DNA of 64,000 nt from Euprymna scolopes (Eukaryota), in NCBI GenBank assembly GCA_053919585.1, contig CM132796.1, one strand, 5' to 3'. Numbering within the stretch: the stretch's first letter is position 1; each line of letters begins with the position of its first letter. This document shows, in pieces, positions 1 to 13,192 of the stretch. A program made the position numbers and the translations under genes. The notes below the pieces were generated by a model. That model had not been told where the DNA came from. It did not search any database and saw only the letters and a list, made by a program, of their open reading frames with translations.

Positions 1-223
1 ATATTGCACGTTTATAGTCCAAATACGCTTGCGTATATTTTAATGCGTTTCGAGTTTTATATCATGTCCAAAAAAATATATAATGTATATATAAGTATTA
101 TAATGTTTCTTACGAAAATGACCAACACAAAAGACACATTTCTATTAAGATAAAGATAGCTTAATTCGGCATAACTCACAAAAGCCTATTTTTATCATAT
201 ACCAATCCTCAATGTAATGTCCC

Positions 224-2768
224 TTTTTTTTACAAGGTAGTCACCACTTATCAAGACCCGGACGCCACTTGGGTATAAGGGTTATTGCATGTACAGTACG
301 TTAGTTTATCAGGAATTTGTTTATGTTGGACTTGAAGACATCCAGGTTGTAGTCAGGTGGGAAACAGGCAAACGGAACAGGGTTCCACAGGAGTGCACTT
401 CTGAGAAAGAAGCTTTGTTCATGGAATCCACGGTTTGGTTTTGGCACAGATATGAGTGGATAAAATTTTGACAGAAGTTTCAGCTAGACGGGTGTTTATC
501 GTGAAAGATTAGTGAGGGGAGAGCAGAGATTAGAACTCAGACGAGCATTTGCAATGGTAGCATTGCAATGGTAGCAACGATAAAACAAAGTCAGGCTCGC
601 AACATCTCTCCTGTGGGAGAGAGATTGCAGGGAAGAGAAAAGGGCATCACCCATTAAGCCACAAAGCCTATTTTGTCAAGGTAGGATAGGCTATTTTAGC
701 AGCTCCTGCCCAGATGTGGCAGCAGTACTCTATCCTTGGACGTACTTGGCTTTTATCTTTTATATAGATAGAGAAGTGCATCAGCAGTGAGATATCTTCA
801 GGAGCGGTAGAAGGAACCTACAAAGTTTTCCAGCGACCTTGGCAACTAAATTGATGTACGTGTTCCATTATAGGTCAGGAGTAAAGGTCAAGCCCAGAAG
901 CTTATCAAAACATGGAGCTTCACCTAGACGAGTGCCACCCATTTCAATTAATGCCAGATGGGGATCAGAGCGTTGATGATGTAAAGATAGGAGCTTGGTT
1001 TTAGATGCATTAAAAGTAACCAGCCACCTCTTCCCCACTGTAACACGCTCTCAGGATCAGAGGAGAGAGAATAAGAGAGATTTTTGTCATTTATGGCCTT
1101 GATCTTCTGCCATAGATTGTCGTGTCATCAGCATAGATGTCAACGAATGGTTTAAGTATGTGTTTTGGAGATCATTGATGTAGATCAGGAAGAGAGTTGG
1201 GCCCAGGATGGACCCCTGAGGGAATCCAACATTAATACTGATGGCCTCTGATTTCTGCCTATCAACCACTACTCTTAGGAGCCTATCAGAGAGAAATGAT
1301 TTAATGATTGAGAAAACATTTCCAGTTATACCGTAGCTGGAAATCTTTTGAAGTAGGCACTTATGTCATACTTTATCGAAGGCCTTTCACATCTCATGAG
1401 CAACTGCCCTAAAGAGGAAGCCTTTGTCAAGAGATTCACTCATCCTGTGAAATATAACCGTTAGCACATCCGCTGTAGATCTGGCAGAACGGAAACCATA
1501 TTGCATGTTACTAAGAAGGTTATCTCTACTGAGGTGGTTGACTACTTCTCTATTTAATATGGATTCCAGCCACTTACTCATGACACACTGGAGACTTATT
1601 GGTCTGTACTGAGAGGAAGACGACTGAGTTTTTCCAGGGTGTTGGGAAGCACTTCTCTTTAAGACAACGCTTAAACAATTTTGTAAGTATGGGGGCAAAT
1701 TCTGTTTGAAGCTTTTTCAGCACTATAATTGGAAAACCGTCAGGGCCAGTTGCTTTACAGGAATCAAGGTTCTTGATTAGCTTGGCGACCTCACGCTCAG
1801 ATATTTGTATGTAACAGAGCGTGTTGTCCGTTATAGGAGGAAATACGGGAAGTTGATGGCCTTGGTCGCAAAGGGTAGAGTTAGCTGCAAAGTTCTTGTC
1901 AAATAGTTTTGCCTTGTCTAATGCTGACGAGATGACCTCAGGTCCATTAATGATGGTTGTGATAGAACGCACGCTTCTGTTCTATTTACCAAAACACACT
2001 GGAGACTTATTGGTCTGTACTGAGAGGGAGACGACTTATCACCTGAATTATTAGATACAGGACATACTAATGAGGTTTTCCAGGGTGTTGGGAAGCACTT
2101 CTCTTTAAGACAAAGCTTAAACAATTTTGTAAGTATGGGGGCAAGTTCTGATTGAAGCTTTTTCAGCACTATAATTGGAATGCTGTCAGGCCCGGTTGCT
2201 TTACTGGAATCAAGGTTCTTGATTAGCTTGGCTACCTCAAGCACGGATATGTTGTCCGTTATAGGAGGAAATACGGGAAGTTGATGGCCTTCGTCGGATA
2301 GGGTAGAATTAGCTGCAATAATTTGACCTTGTCTGATGCTCACAAGATGACCTCAGGTCCATTGATGATGGTTGGGACAGGACGCACGCTTCTGTTCAGG
2401 ATTCTGTTTGCTATTTGCCAAAACTGCTTAGCTACTTTGGATTTAACGAACTGAGCATATAGCTCTCTTGCATTTTTATTACTCTTTTACAGTGGTTGCT
2501 GGCGTTCCTGAAAGCAACTTTAGTCTCAGCGAATCTATTACGTTGGTAGCTATGGAAAAAGTGATTTCTGTGCGCGATGACAGCACATTCTTGGGAGAAC
2601 ACTGGCTGGCTGTTAGGTTTTTGTTGGATGGTAAGAATCGGTCTATGTCTACAATTAGCCATTCGGTCAGGTCTGATACTATGGAGGACACATCCTTTTT
2701 AAACATGGAATGCAGGAATAGATCAGATATAAATGTACGGACGCTATCCCAGTCAGCCGTAGAGTATC

Positions 2769-2770
<2 letters not shown>
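224..2770 (-). mobile_element. 5'-truncated, decayed CR1/Jockey-group non-LTR retrotransposon (LINE family 1, copy 1)
   Basis: Minus-strand RT pieces in shifted frames: KATGPDG, QYRPISL, QYGFRSARST, PQGSILGPTLFLIYINDL, IYADD (~1124-1138). The 3' tail is the T run at ~224-231. Homologous to 11030-13032 and 50725-52560. Confidence 0.9.
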
Positions 2771-2846
<76 letters not shown>

Positions 2847-3662
2847 TAGTCCAATTTTCGGATTTTAATCATGTCAAATCACACTTTATTTCCTTTTTAC
2901 GGATTGATTGTTGCTATTTCTTCTGATGAGTTCAGGACAAAATAGATTCACTAATTCATAAATTAATAAAGTGATTGATTTTGCAACTACGAAACAGATT
3001 GTGTCAAGAATTGTAAATGCCAACTGAATTAAATGGTCAACATTATGAATTTTGGAATATAGTTTTNNNNNNNNNNNNNNNNNNNNNNNNNNNNNNNNNN
3101 NNNNNNNNNNNNNNNNNNNNNNNNNNNNNNNNNNNNNNNNNNNNNNNNNNNNNNNNNNNNNNNNNNNNNNNNNNNNNNNNNNNNNNNNNNNNNNNNNNNN
3201 NNNNNNACAAAATTTATAAATGACAGAAAAGAAAGTTCCTTTTAATCCGAGACGTCTTTCCCCATCCCATCTTCATCAGGGACGTAGGATGACATTTTGA
3301 TTTAAAAAATGGAAGGGGAAGAAGTTTAAAATAAGATGAAAATAAGTAGGACATATTTACAATTACCATAAAATGAATATGTACAAGAAGGACAAGAAGA
3401 AAAAAAGGGGAAATCATGACAGATATTGAAGGAGAAATAAACTCGCAAAAGAGAGTACGAGTAAGGAAAATATATCTTGCATATAAATACACGAGAGAAA
3501 AAAGGGGAACACGTAGAAAATATACACGAGAGGGNNNNNNNNNNNNNNNNNNNNNNNNNNNNNNNNNNNNNNNNNNNNNNNNNNNNNNNNNNNNNNNNNN
3601 NNNNNNNNNNNNNNNNNNNNNNNNNNNNNNNNNNNNNNNNNNNNNNNNNNNNNNNNNNNNNN

Positions 3663-4330
3663 ATAGGTCATGATCTAATGTATTAATGAACCTCTTCTCC
3701 CGGAAAAGAGAGGACCTTAGTCTTGCGAGAGAGAGGGACTCGAGAATTTTCAAATTATTACTCGATCGGCCTCGGAACAAAATTGAAAAACAAAGTTTTT
3801 ATATGCCAAACCATATTCTTGGTTGTCTAATAAATGCTGACCAATCACAGAATCTAAATTATTATTGTTAGGGTTAAAGAGGGTTTTATTTTTATTGTTA
3901 TATTTGTTTGTATTACGGAAACCTGAAGATACATGTTGCCCGATTCTTGTTTCAAAGTGAACGCTCTTTCGACCCACATAGACAGCAGGACACTGGCATT
4001 GGATATATAATATTGCAAAGTTTGGTGCGAAGCAAACTGCCATTTTTCAAGGAAGAAAATGCAAGTTTCGTGTTTAAAATTATACTGGGTAGAACAAATG
4101 AAAAACACTTATTAATATTCTTTTTAAGTTGATTAATAAGAGGGACACATTTTCTTCAACCCACGGCAACTTAAGATATACAGGACATTTGGAAAGATCA
4201 AAAGTTACATCTTTGTTAAATTGGTTAATTTTGAATTTAAGAGATTTATCAATAATGAATTCGGGGTAGCTGTTATCGATCAGAATTTCTTTAATTTTAG
4301 TAATTTTAGCAATTTAGTCGACATAGGGAA
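3663..4330 (-). mobile_element. Penelope-like element fragment (GIY-YIG endonuclease end), frameshifted
   Basis: ORFs 3750-4043 and 3214-3780 give CQC..YVGR...ETRIGQH...IGQHLLDN...LKILES, a PLE endonuclease pattern. Abuts an N gap. Confidence 0.65.
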
Positions 4331-4353
4331 CAGATAACCAAAGCACTATGTAC

Positions 4354-4434
<81 letters not shown>

Positions 4435-6166
4435 AAGTTATGAACAGTACATAGGGCCCGAGCAAAGCCNNNNNNNNNNNNNNNNNNNNNNNNNNNNNNN
4501 NNNNNNNNNNNNNNNNNNNNNNNNNNNNNNNNNNNNNNNNNNNNNNNNNNNNNNNNNNNNNNNNNNNNNNNNNNNNNNNNNNNNNNNNNNNNNNNNNNNN
4601 NNGGAACGATTTTGTAAAAGATTAGCAATGAATGTATGGTACTCATGGGTTATTTCTTAATGAGAATTGCAAAAAAAATGCAAAAATAATGCAATAAGAT
4701 AATAAAAATAATAAAAGAACTAGAGACTGAAGTCAAAGATAAAAAAATATAAGTATATATTTATAATATGAAAATTCTACCTTGCCCTTGGCTCATGCAG
4801 GGATAAAGGGGGCTCTTTTTTATCGATATGGTGGGCAAAATGTTTTATAAATAGGAACTAGGATTATAAGAATTGAAGCTCAGTCGAGTATTTTTCATGG
4901 TGATAACGATAGCACAAAGGGATGAGTAGAAAGAGAGGAGTAACTTGCATTGTTTTTTTTTCGTGAGAAACGTGTTATCAGGAAGACAAATATCACTTCC
5001 CACCAGATTTCGAAGTCAGTTTTTTTTTTACTCTGTGAAGACATATATTTTATTGATTTTATTTACTTCCATGAAAATAGAGAAATTGTGTATTTTTCAA
5101 AATGAGCATTGATGACTGACCGAGAATATGTATGTATTTTCTAATTAATATATAATATATATGAGATAGTTTTAACTACGCTAATATTTTGATGATATGC
5201 TAACGGGGGTGAGGCTTTGCCTGATCATAAAATATGCTTTAATATGATATTTTAATTTGTCCAGATTATTATATTATTATAGATTTATGATTTCAAAAGT
5301 AAAAAAAAACATTTGGCTGCCATCAGCTAGAATCGTAAGCGAAACTGTGGCATTCAAAGCTGGTGAGTTAGTACTGTACCAACGTGACACGCACATAAAC
5401 CGATTAAAAATTATGAATTAAAAATAAACTAAGATATATGTACAAAATGTTCAACGTATAGAATCCAATCATTTGAGGCCCTTAGCGCCGCTCTTTGACT
5501 TTTAGTTTCGAAGGAGATACTGCTTGAAAATATGGAGACAGACAGACAGACAGACAGACGTAGAGGCGTTTATATATTATATAAAGTTATAAAAGTATTA
5601 ACCTCTGTCTGATTTTTGCTCGAGTGAAAATAACTTCTAATTTATAATAACATTGAATTACTGTTGTGTTTATTTAATATCAATTTATTATTTTAATCAC
5701 GCAGAAAAATATAATTTTTAAAAATATATTTAAAAACGATTATAACCACAACGCGTTTCCTAAGATGTAAATTCTACCCAGCTTTTGTTTTATTATATGT
5801 AGACTAGATGTGTAACGTTTAAACATTGTGTTATAGATGGAAATTTATAAAATTACCTTTGTAAGTCGCTTGTTTCATATATGATTCATTTTCTGGAAAG
5901 TCTGGGCCTTTTTAGTGAATTCTGTATGGCTTTCGTAGTTTTCGTTCAACAGCTGAACTATTAACTATTTAAACTTGACGGATGTATCAGTTTATCAATA
6001 ACTCAAGCGAGGGTAGGGTCATTGCGCTTGACATTTCAAAAGCGTTCCATAGAGTGTGGTATCCTGGTATTCTACATAAACTTCGAGCTTATGGTATTGG
6101 TGTAAAAGTTCTTGACATTGTTGGGTCTTTTCTTTCTAATCGAAATTTGCGAGTAACTCTTGATGG

Positions 6167-7100
6167 TGTCAGGACCCGGTTAATGGATGACCGAATTGAT
6201 TGGCAATCAGATCGAGACACATAAATTTATTTTATTTGATATCCTATATCTCATACTTATTTTCGGTTAATCGTCGGATGTCGGATCAACCAGCGAAATA
6301 TATCATTAAGGGGAATGGAACAATGAATGACGAAACAAACACTCAATAAAAGTTTAAAATTTAATAAAGACTTGTATATACAAAAAGGAAGGAGAAGCAG
6401 CTCCGATAAAAAGAATCAGTGAGAAAGACGTATCTTTGGGATGTTTGCCAGATGTATGCGACATGCAATTACAATATAATATGTAGAAAAGTTTGTGGAT
6501 AAGAAAAGATATTGGCATGAGATAGGCCAAACTTAGCTGTTTTGTCCGTAAGGGTAAACACGGATCATAAGTTCACAAACACGATATCCAAGAAAAAAGT
6601 TGAGATGGCGAAGGTCTATCTTTTCCTCGAATCATAATTCCAAAGAAGAATAAGTGTTGAGTTCAATCGACAATACGATCGTATTTGAATAATAATCCCA
6701 TATTCAATTAATTCAGATCTCAATCTTCGATGAGGTTCGATTCTCGGAGATAATGTTTACACACCGGGCTCTATCGCTTCTTTACGCCAACTGTCGTATT
6801 TTTTCCTATTTTCGAGTTCCCTCGTGGTCCGCTTTTCCCGTCACAAATGTTCGCTGTCTGGTTGCCATGACGACGTATTTCCGCTCGTTACGGCGATATT
6901 CACACCCAACCTCTGTCCCACTTCCCTCAGCCAAGTGTCTGCTACCCCACATCATTTACAGAGAGAGGAGGTTGTCTGGCTGATTAGGTCTTAAGAAGAG
7001 AGAGAGATAGCGAGATATATATAGAGAGAGTAAGTATTAACACCAGATAGATAGATAGAGAGGTAAAGAGATTGAATGTTCGCTTTGCTCTGACGTCACA
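6167..7100. mobile_element. Probable solo LTR (934 bp)
   Basis: TG...CA termini, exact 4-bp ATGG duplication at 6163-6166 and 7101-7104, interrupting the LINE reading frame precisely. Confidence 0.7.
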
Positions 7101-7127
7101 ATGGAGTATCTTCATTTTTATTTCCTA

Positions 7128-9187
7128 CTAGCAATTCCGCCCGACTTTGCTCGGGCCCTATTTACTGTTCACAAGGTTATGTGCATATGTATATATTAAG
7201 AAGTGTGAATATGTAACGTAATGCCTTTCTGTATAATAGTCTTCCTTAACTACCGTAGTGAAAAGACAGGCAGACATTTTCACTTCTATAGATATATAGA
7301 TAGATAAATAGATAGATTGGATGCAATATATAGTAATGATTTAAAAAGTATTTAAAAAAAATAGACTCATGCGCCACCACCAAGAATCGAAACCAAAACG
7401 TTCAGGTTACGATTTATTTTGCCTCTACCATCAATGATTGGGCTATAAAAACATGTTTACTGCAGGGCTAAAAATTAAAACATGAACCAATAACTACTAC
7501 TTTATTCATTCGTAATGCCGGCGTTCGACCTTCACCTGGCAAATTTCATTTTTTTTTTTATTTTCACACTTTTGCGCAGATTTTTCGGTGCTAAAACCCA
7601 AATATAAAGTTTTGCATGGCTTTAAATACGTTATATGTGAAGTTTCATGTCTGTAGACCAAAAAACTCTAGGAGGAGTTTTGTAGGCAAAATTTAGTAAA
7701 CAAAAATATATACGTATGCATAAATATATATAGAAAAATTTTGTGTTTACTATAAACTTTTTACGCACATATTGTGCAAGTATAAATCATGTAGAATATC
7801 TGCATGAATATGATTACACGTAATAGTTAACTAAAGATGATTATTCCATTAGAAAATCGAAGCAACTAATAGGAAATTAATTAAAATGAATGAATAGCCT
7901 CTTCATATGCAAATATGCGAATATGCAAATAAGCTAGATGTTTTGCTAGTCAATGCAATTCCACAACCCATACATAAGAAAATTGTATTTTTTTAAATAA
8001 ACAGAAAAGAGGGTTGCCTCTTTTCTGTTGTTCTTGGCCTTTGGGCCGGGATCAAAGTGTAGTATCTCTTCCGACAGATACTACAAGCAAAGACCATATG
8101 TGGGGGCACCCTACATATAAGTCATTGGTCAATGTAGGGGCAACCCTTCATACCAATTGTCACTGTCCAGCTCCCCTACTCCCCGGGGAGTTGGTCCCAT
8201 TTCCCTCTCACTTCTCACATTAAAAATCAGCCTTGTAATTTGCTTGGTGGGGGGAGTAAATAAATACCCTCTTTTCTGTTGTTCTTGGCCTTCGGGACAA
8301 GATCAAAGTGTAGTATCTGTTCTTCAGATGCTGCACTTAAGATAATTTGTACCAGTCAATGGAGGGGAAACCCTCTATACTGGGACAATTATTATTTTTG
8401 GTAACCAGAGTGCCCCCTTTTTGCCTACTTTTAGGGGAGCTGGTTTTTACCTCACATTAAAAACGGCCTTGTGCCTAATTTGCTCAGTGGGGGAGCAAAT
8501 AAATACCATCTGTTCCGGCAGATACTGCAAGCTATGACTAGCTATGACTAGCAAAGACCAGATGTGGGGGCAACCCCACATGTCTGACCTTTAACCAGCT
8601 CCGATTTCCCACCTCTCGGGAGCTGGTCCCCTTTTCCCCTTCCCCCTCCCTTCACTCCTCACATTAAAAATCGGCCTTGTGCCTAATTTGCTCAGTGAGG
8701 GAGCAAATAAATACCATCTGTTCCGGCAGATACTGCAAGCTATGACTAGCTATGACTAGCAAAGACCAGATGTGGGGGCAACCCCACATGCCTGACCTTT
8801 AACCAGCTCCCATTTCCCACCTCTCGGGAGCTGGTCCCCTTTTTCCCTTCCCCCTCCCTTCACTCCTCACATTAAAAATCGGCCTTGTGCCTAATTTGCT
8901 CGGTGGGGGAGCAAATAAATACCATCTGTTCTGCAGATGCTGCACTTAAGGTAATTTGTCTCGATCAATGGAGGGAAACCCTGTATACTGAGACAATTAT
9001 TATTTTGGGTACCAACCAGAGAGCCCTTTTTGCCTTTTTCTCGGGGAGCTGGTTTAACCCCACTTTAAAAACGACCTTGTGTCACATTTTGTTTTGGTGG
9101 GAAAGCAAATAAATACTAATAGAAAAGAAGGGTTTTAATATGAATATTAATACACACAAAAGAAAAACGAATTTATAGGCGTATATA
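7128..9187 (-). mobile_element. Non-autonomous Helitron-like composite (hosts the U2-SINE array)
   Basis: CTAG at 7128-7131 with subterminal hairpin GCCCGA-ctttgc-TCGGGC (7139-7156). Inserted at an A|T in the LINE with no TSD. Related ends at 4441-4469 and 38081-38124. Confidence 0.5.
8014..9116 (+). mobile_element. Tandem array of five SINE-like units with U2 snRNA-derived head
   Basis: Heads TTCTTGGCCTT..GATCAAAGTGTAGTATCT(G)TTC match the U2 5' end. Units 8014-8267, 8268-8507, 8508-8715, 8716-8923, 8924-9116, each ending AAATAAATAC. Imperfect TSD at 7998-8013 / 9117-9132. Confidence 0.8.
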
Positions 9188-10027
9188 TTAATGCTGGTGT
9201 TCCTCAGGTTCAAGGTTCAACGTTGTTTCCTCTCTATATAAATGATAAATATTATCCACAAAATTAATATTTATGCTGATGACACCACCCTCTATTCTAA
9301 TAATTCTACTTGACCATCTTTCTCGTATAAGTTGAAATATACAATTGATCTAGAAGTTGAGTTATGTTCTATAAAGGATTGAGTTCAGAAATGGAGTGTT
9401 TCATTTAATCATGTTAAGACTCGGCCATTTTCTCTCAATTGTAAGTGTGTCCCTTTCCTGGGTCAGCTGAAATATGCAGTTGATCAGCCGTTCGTTTCTG
9501 TGGGTCGGTTTGATTGAGGAAAGGCCTCCCGAAAAAAATGTTTGTTTGTACCCTGAAAAGCGCCGAATGGAGACAAACGTTTGAAGACAAAAAGAGGCTT
9601 ACAAAAGATTTTAGGAATGCAAAAATCTGCAGGTCAGTAGAAAAGTAAACGTTATTGATTGTATATTTTAGGATTTTTTTATTTATGGACTGTTAACTAT
9701 ACAATATAATTGCCAATAATTTTTCATGTAAGTCCCAAATGCTTATATATGTGTGAGTGATATAATATGCAATATGTTTGTGCAACGATGATTTCGCTGC
9801 ACAATTACATAAATATCCATAGAACGAGCACCGTGGGACTTCAGCATGTGAGTGAGCATTTTAAAGAGACATGTATGGGTGGAGTTTCGATAGAGATAAT
9901 TGAAAAATTTAATTGAAGCGGCAATATCGATTGCGGTAGTGCTAATAAAGTTATGGGTGAGGTGCGTCAGCAAGATGTACGCTTACATTGGTCAACAAAA
10001 ATAATTATTTACTCTCTATCTATCTCT

Positions 10028-10111
<84 letters not shown>

Positions 10112-11029
10112 TCTCTTGTCTAGGTTTGGTAATGTTAACAGTAGTAAACCACAAATGTAATAAACGTCTTAACAATGTGCATATCTTAACCATTACATAA
10201 AAGGAACTGTGTGTTTGAGTTTATTCCCTATAATCTCACTAACGGCTGACCGATTTTTATGAAATTTCATACAAATGTACTTTATGTATCCGAAAGTGTT
10301 CTTCGGTAGTTTTTTTTCATTGGAATAGCTTCGATAAGTATCGATAATCGAAAAAAATTGATAAAAGAAGGAACAGGCTATTTTGACCAAAGTTTACACC
10401 TTACACAGCCTAACATCACAAGTGCATTTGAGAGGTTTTATTACCACTCAATTAAAAAGTCATCAATAGGTTCTTTAGTTCTAGTATATTAATAGAACAG
10501 ACGAATTTTTTTTACTTTTTATGAATGTAACGTTTTTCATACGTATTTTTTTATATAAAAGCGAAAAGTATTATAATTATGTTTGTTCACATTAATTACA
10601 TCACAAACCTGTGTCGGGTGAACCGTTAAAAATACTAGATTCTTTAAATTGGCAAATATTTAAAACTAGCAAGGCTCGTGTCCTGACGCTACTCGGGATA
10701 TAATATAAAAAGAAAAATCTAACTATAAGAAAATATTTTGATAATAGTTTAACTTTTGTAAAGAAGAGCCTAATATGTGTGTTAGGGGATTATCTCTGTT
10801 TGTTTTCATGCTTCTACACAATATGAATGAAAGTAAACGCAAAATAAAATATTAGTTCAGGTTAAGTCAAGGTTAGCTTCGGGTTATGCTTGAGTTTTGT
10901 GTAACAAGTTTAGGGTAAAAATTAAGAAAAAATAGTTCGAGTCCTTCTGTGTAAATTTTCGGTGTAGCTCGTTAACTGTTCTTATTACTTTTACTGAGCC
11001 AGACACAGAAATGCTCGCCCTCCGTTCTG

Positions 11030-13032
11030 TCTCCACTAGGATCTTCTGACGACACAGTTGTCTCAGTTAAGATAAACATAAAATGTAATTTCCTCTGACG
11101 GACTTGTCCATTGTACAGTATATCGATACCTTATAACTGATTGAGATAGCTTCTGTACATTTATATCAGATCTACCTCTGCGTTATATTTTTTTGTACTC
11201 TATGATATGAGACCTGATGAAATGATTACTTGTAGGTATAGACCGGTTGATACCTTTAGAAAAAGTCCAGCAAAAAACTTACAGCCAATCGTGGATCTCT
11301 CCAGAACTCTCTATTTTCATTGATTCCAATTTAATAGATGTACCAAGACCAAAACCGCCTTCAGGACAGCCAGCAATCACTGTAAAAGAGTAATAAAGAA
11401 AGCGAGAGAGTTGTATTCTCAATCTGTCAAGTCCAAATTAGCTGAGCTGCGGCTTGGTTCCCACTAGTTTAAGCAAATAACAAACAGGATCCTGAACAGA
11501 AACGTGTGTTCTATCCCAATCATCATCAATGGACCTGAGGTAATCTCGTCAGCATCGAACAAAGACAAACTCTTTACTAATAACTTTGCAGTTAATTCTA
11601 TCCTATGCGATTAGGGCCTCCCCCCGCCATATTTCCTCCTGTGTCTGAAAACACGCTGTGCGACATGCAAATATCTGTGCGCGATATTGCCAAGCGAATC
11701 AAAAACCTTGATTCCAGTGAAGCAACTGGCAATGACGGTATTCCAATTAAAGTGCTGAAAAAGCTTCAAACAGAACTAGCTCCCATACGTACAAAGCTGT
11801 TTAAGCGCTGTGTTAAGAAAAATTGCTTCTCAACACCTTGAAAAACCCCCGTCAGTATGTCCCGTATTTACAAATTCAGGTGATCGTCATCTCCTTCTCA
11901 ATATAGACCAATCAGTCTCATCTGCGTCATGAGTAAGTTACTAAAATTTGTGTTAAATAGAGAAGTAGTCAACCATTTCAGAAATAATAACTACTTCAGT
12001 AACATGCAATACGGTTTTCGTTCTGTTAGATCTACAGCAGATGTGTTACCAGCTCTGGAAGGTTCATAAGCGTAGTGGTTGATGGGCAGAAATCAGAAAC
12101 TGACAGTATTAATGCTGGAGATCCTCAGGGGTCTATCCTTAGCCCAATTCTCCTCGTGATAAAAATTAATGATTTCCCAAATTATATCCTAAGATTATTC
12201 GTAAAGATTTATGCTGATGACACTACCAACTATGGCAACACTTCAAAGGCCGTTAACGATCAAGTTCTCTCGGATTCTCTCTTTTCTAATCTTGAGCACG
12301 TGGTGCAATGGGGAAAGAAGTGACTGGTAAATCTTAATGCATCTAAAACCACGCTTTTATTCTTACAATATCAACGTTCTGATCCCAGTCTGGCATTAAT
12401 TGAAATGGGGACGCTCAATGTTCTGACAAGATTCTGGGTCTGACCTTTACTCCTGATCTGAGATGGAACACAGATATCAAGTCCGTTGCCAAGGCTGCTA
12501 GGAAAATAGTGCGTCTAGTGATGAAATACGGTTGACACATCTGGGCAGGAGCTGCTAGGAGTATTCTGCTTTGATAGAGTTCACAACAGACGCTTATCTT
12601 CTTTGCAACTACAGTAGAGACGTTGCGAACCAGTCGCTGCTTTATCCTTATATTCACGGCCTGTACTCGTCTGAGTTCCAATCTACGGTCCCTCCTTTCC
12701 TGACTCTCACAAAAAACACCCATCCAACTGAAACCACTATCAATAATTTCCCAAAATTTCTATTTGTGCATAAGCCTAAACGTAGATTCCATGAACAAAA
12801 CTTCAATCTTAGAACTGTACGCCTGTGGAACTCTCTTTCGTTTTCTTGCTTTCCAACTTACTATATTATGGTCGTCTTCAAGTTCAATGTAAACAAGTTC
12901 CTGATGAACCATCCCCTTAAGTAATCCAATTTACCAAATTTCTACTACTAACGATTGCTACGATATTGTTCCATTGACTACCGTACACCCATCCTCGGCA
13001 AGTGATGGCTCCTTTGCAAAACAAAAAAAAAA
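11030..13032 (+). mobile_element. CR1/Jockey-group LINE family 1, copy 2 (internally deleted)
   Basis: ORFs 11605-11841, 12075-12323 (PQGSILSP, IYADDT) and 12571-12924 (RTVRLWNSL..FKFNVN). A-rich tail at ~13018-13032. Confidence 0.9.
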
Positions 13033-13144
13033 CATGGCCGAGTCAAATGAGCTGGCACAAAGTCGCGTGGTAATAAATCAGAAAAATCTGAAGAGCATGT
13101 ACAATAATAGTACTTATAAAGACAGCGTGACGGATTTATCAAGT

Positions 13145-13192
<48 letters not shown>

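Larger units (their letters stand above)
5900..9460 (+). mobile_element. Old CR1-like LINE RT fragment split by nested insertions (LINE pieces ~5900-6166, 7101-7127, ~9188-9460)
   Basis: ALDISKAFHRVW...LRVTLDG ends at 6166, continues GVSS..FP at 7101-7127, and resumes INAGVPQ...IYADDTTLY from ~9188. Confidence 0.8.

Noticed and set aside
2468-2926. ORFs with (YI)n, (SL)n, (ER)n or X runs here and throughout the ORF track
   Set aside because: Translations of microsatellites, N gaps or the antisense strand of transposons.
3067-3206. N runs (seven of ~130-160 bp) as biological features
   Set aside because: Assembly gaps or masking. Content is unknown, so features spanning them are less certain.
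2920-3285. Hammerhead motifs at CTGATGA 2923 (+) and ~3273-3279 (-)
   Set aside because: The GAAA half of the core is missing or altered and the stems are weak. Possibly decayed PLE ends, but not supportable.
8014-9116. Functional U2 snRNA genes or a CRISPR-like array
   Set aside because: Only ~40 nt match U2, with no Sm site or 3' stems. Units are ~200-250 bp repeats without unique spacers, and the context is eukaryotic.
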